Below, piece by piece: positions 34,556 through 34,891 of a stretch of 34,891 bases of DNA. The stretch covers positions 106,324,856 to 106,359,746 of the forward strand of contig NC_068986.1 of the NCBI RefSeq assembly GCF_001194135.2, given 5' to 3'. The translations under genes were made by a program, and so were the position numbers. The stretch comes from Octopus bimaculoides. Taxonomy: Eukaryota. Each line of letters begins with the position of its first letter. The stretch's first letter is position 1. The notes below the pieces were generated by a model that was not told the DNA's origin, made no database searches, and worked only from the letters and a program-made list of their open reading frames with translations.

Positions 34556-34891
34556 GAGAATGTGTGTCTTTCTGTCTGTCTGTCTGTCTGTGTGAATCCC
34601 TAAAACTCGAGAACTACGCAACCAATTTCATTCAAATTTTACACATGCCTTACTTAGGGTTCCAGTTGTGTTTTAGTCAAAAACAATTATTAACTTCTTG
34701 CAGAGTTCGAGCACATGGCAACATAATATCTCCTCCACTATTTAAGTATTACGTGTCAAAAGTGAAACAAAAACACTCATGTCAAATATTTTAACTTTAA
34801 AAATGAAACTATTCCACTAACTGAAACAATCACATTTCGATACTGTAGTGACAGATACTTTCACAGAGAGAGAAAGAGAGAGACAGAAAGA
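34525..34891 (+). mobile_element. Non-autonomous Helitron-like element 5' portion (Lep1/DINE-like layout)
   Basis: TA run, aaaatgagaatgtgtg, (TCTG)n, then actcgagaactacgcaaccaatttcattcaaatttt; resembles recalled non-autonomous Helitron 5' ends, and no 3' hairpin/CTRR is visible. Confidence 0.5.

Overview
Eukaryotic, AT-rich, microsatellite-dense draft-assembly sequence with 12 N-gaps (~4.5 kb in total). The tRNA-derived SINE families resemble those of octopus genomes; this is recognition from memory, not a database hit. I find no intact host protein-coding gene, and nearly all ORFs in the track are microsatellite or gap artefacts, so the window is most likely intronic or intergenic. Recognisable content is transposon debris: about 12 SINE copies from at least 3 families, a CR1/L2-type LINE ORF2 fragment (14206-14592), the C-terminus of a restriction-like-endonuclease (HERO-type, R2 superfamily) retrotransposon (10512-10754), a pogo/Tigger transposase C-terminus (27891-28103), a 249-bp hAT-type MITE with a perfect 8-bp TSD (27005-27253), several Penelope-like terminal fragments, a possible ancient RTE remnant and a Helitron-like 5' end. 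Two observations stand out. First, a tRNA-Gln(CTG)-like cloverleaf starts 18 nt after the HERO-type stop codon with no tail between them. Second, there are several minimal hammerhead-ribozyme-like motifs, two of which show covarying stem I ends but non-canonical catalytic cores. Neither is proven to be a new system.
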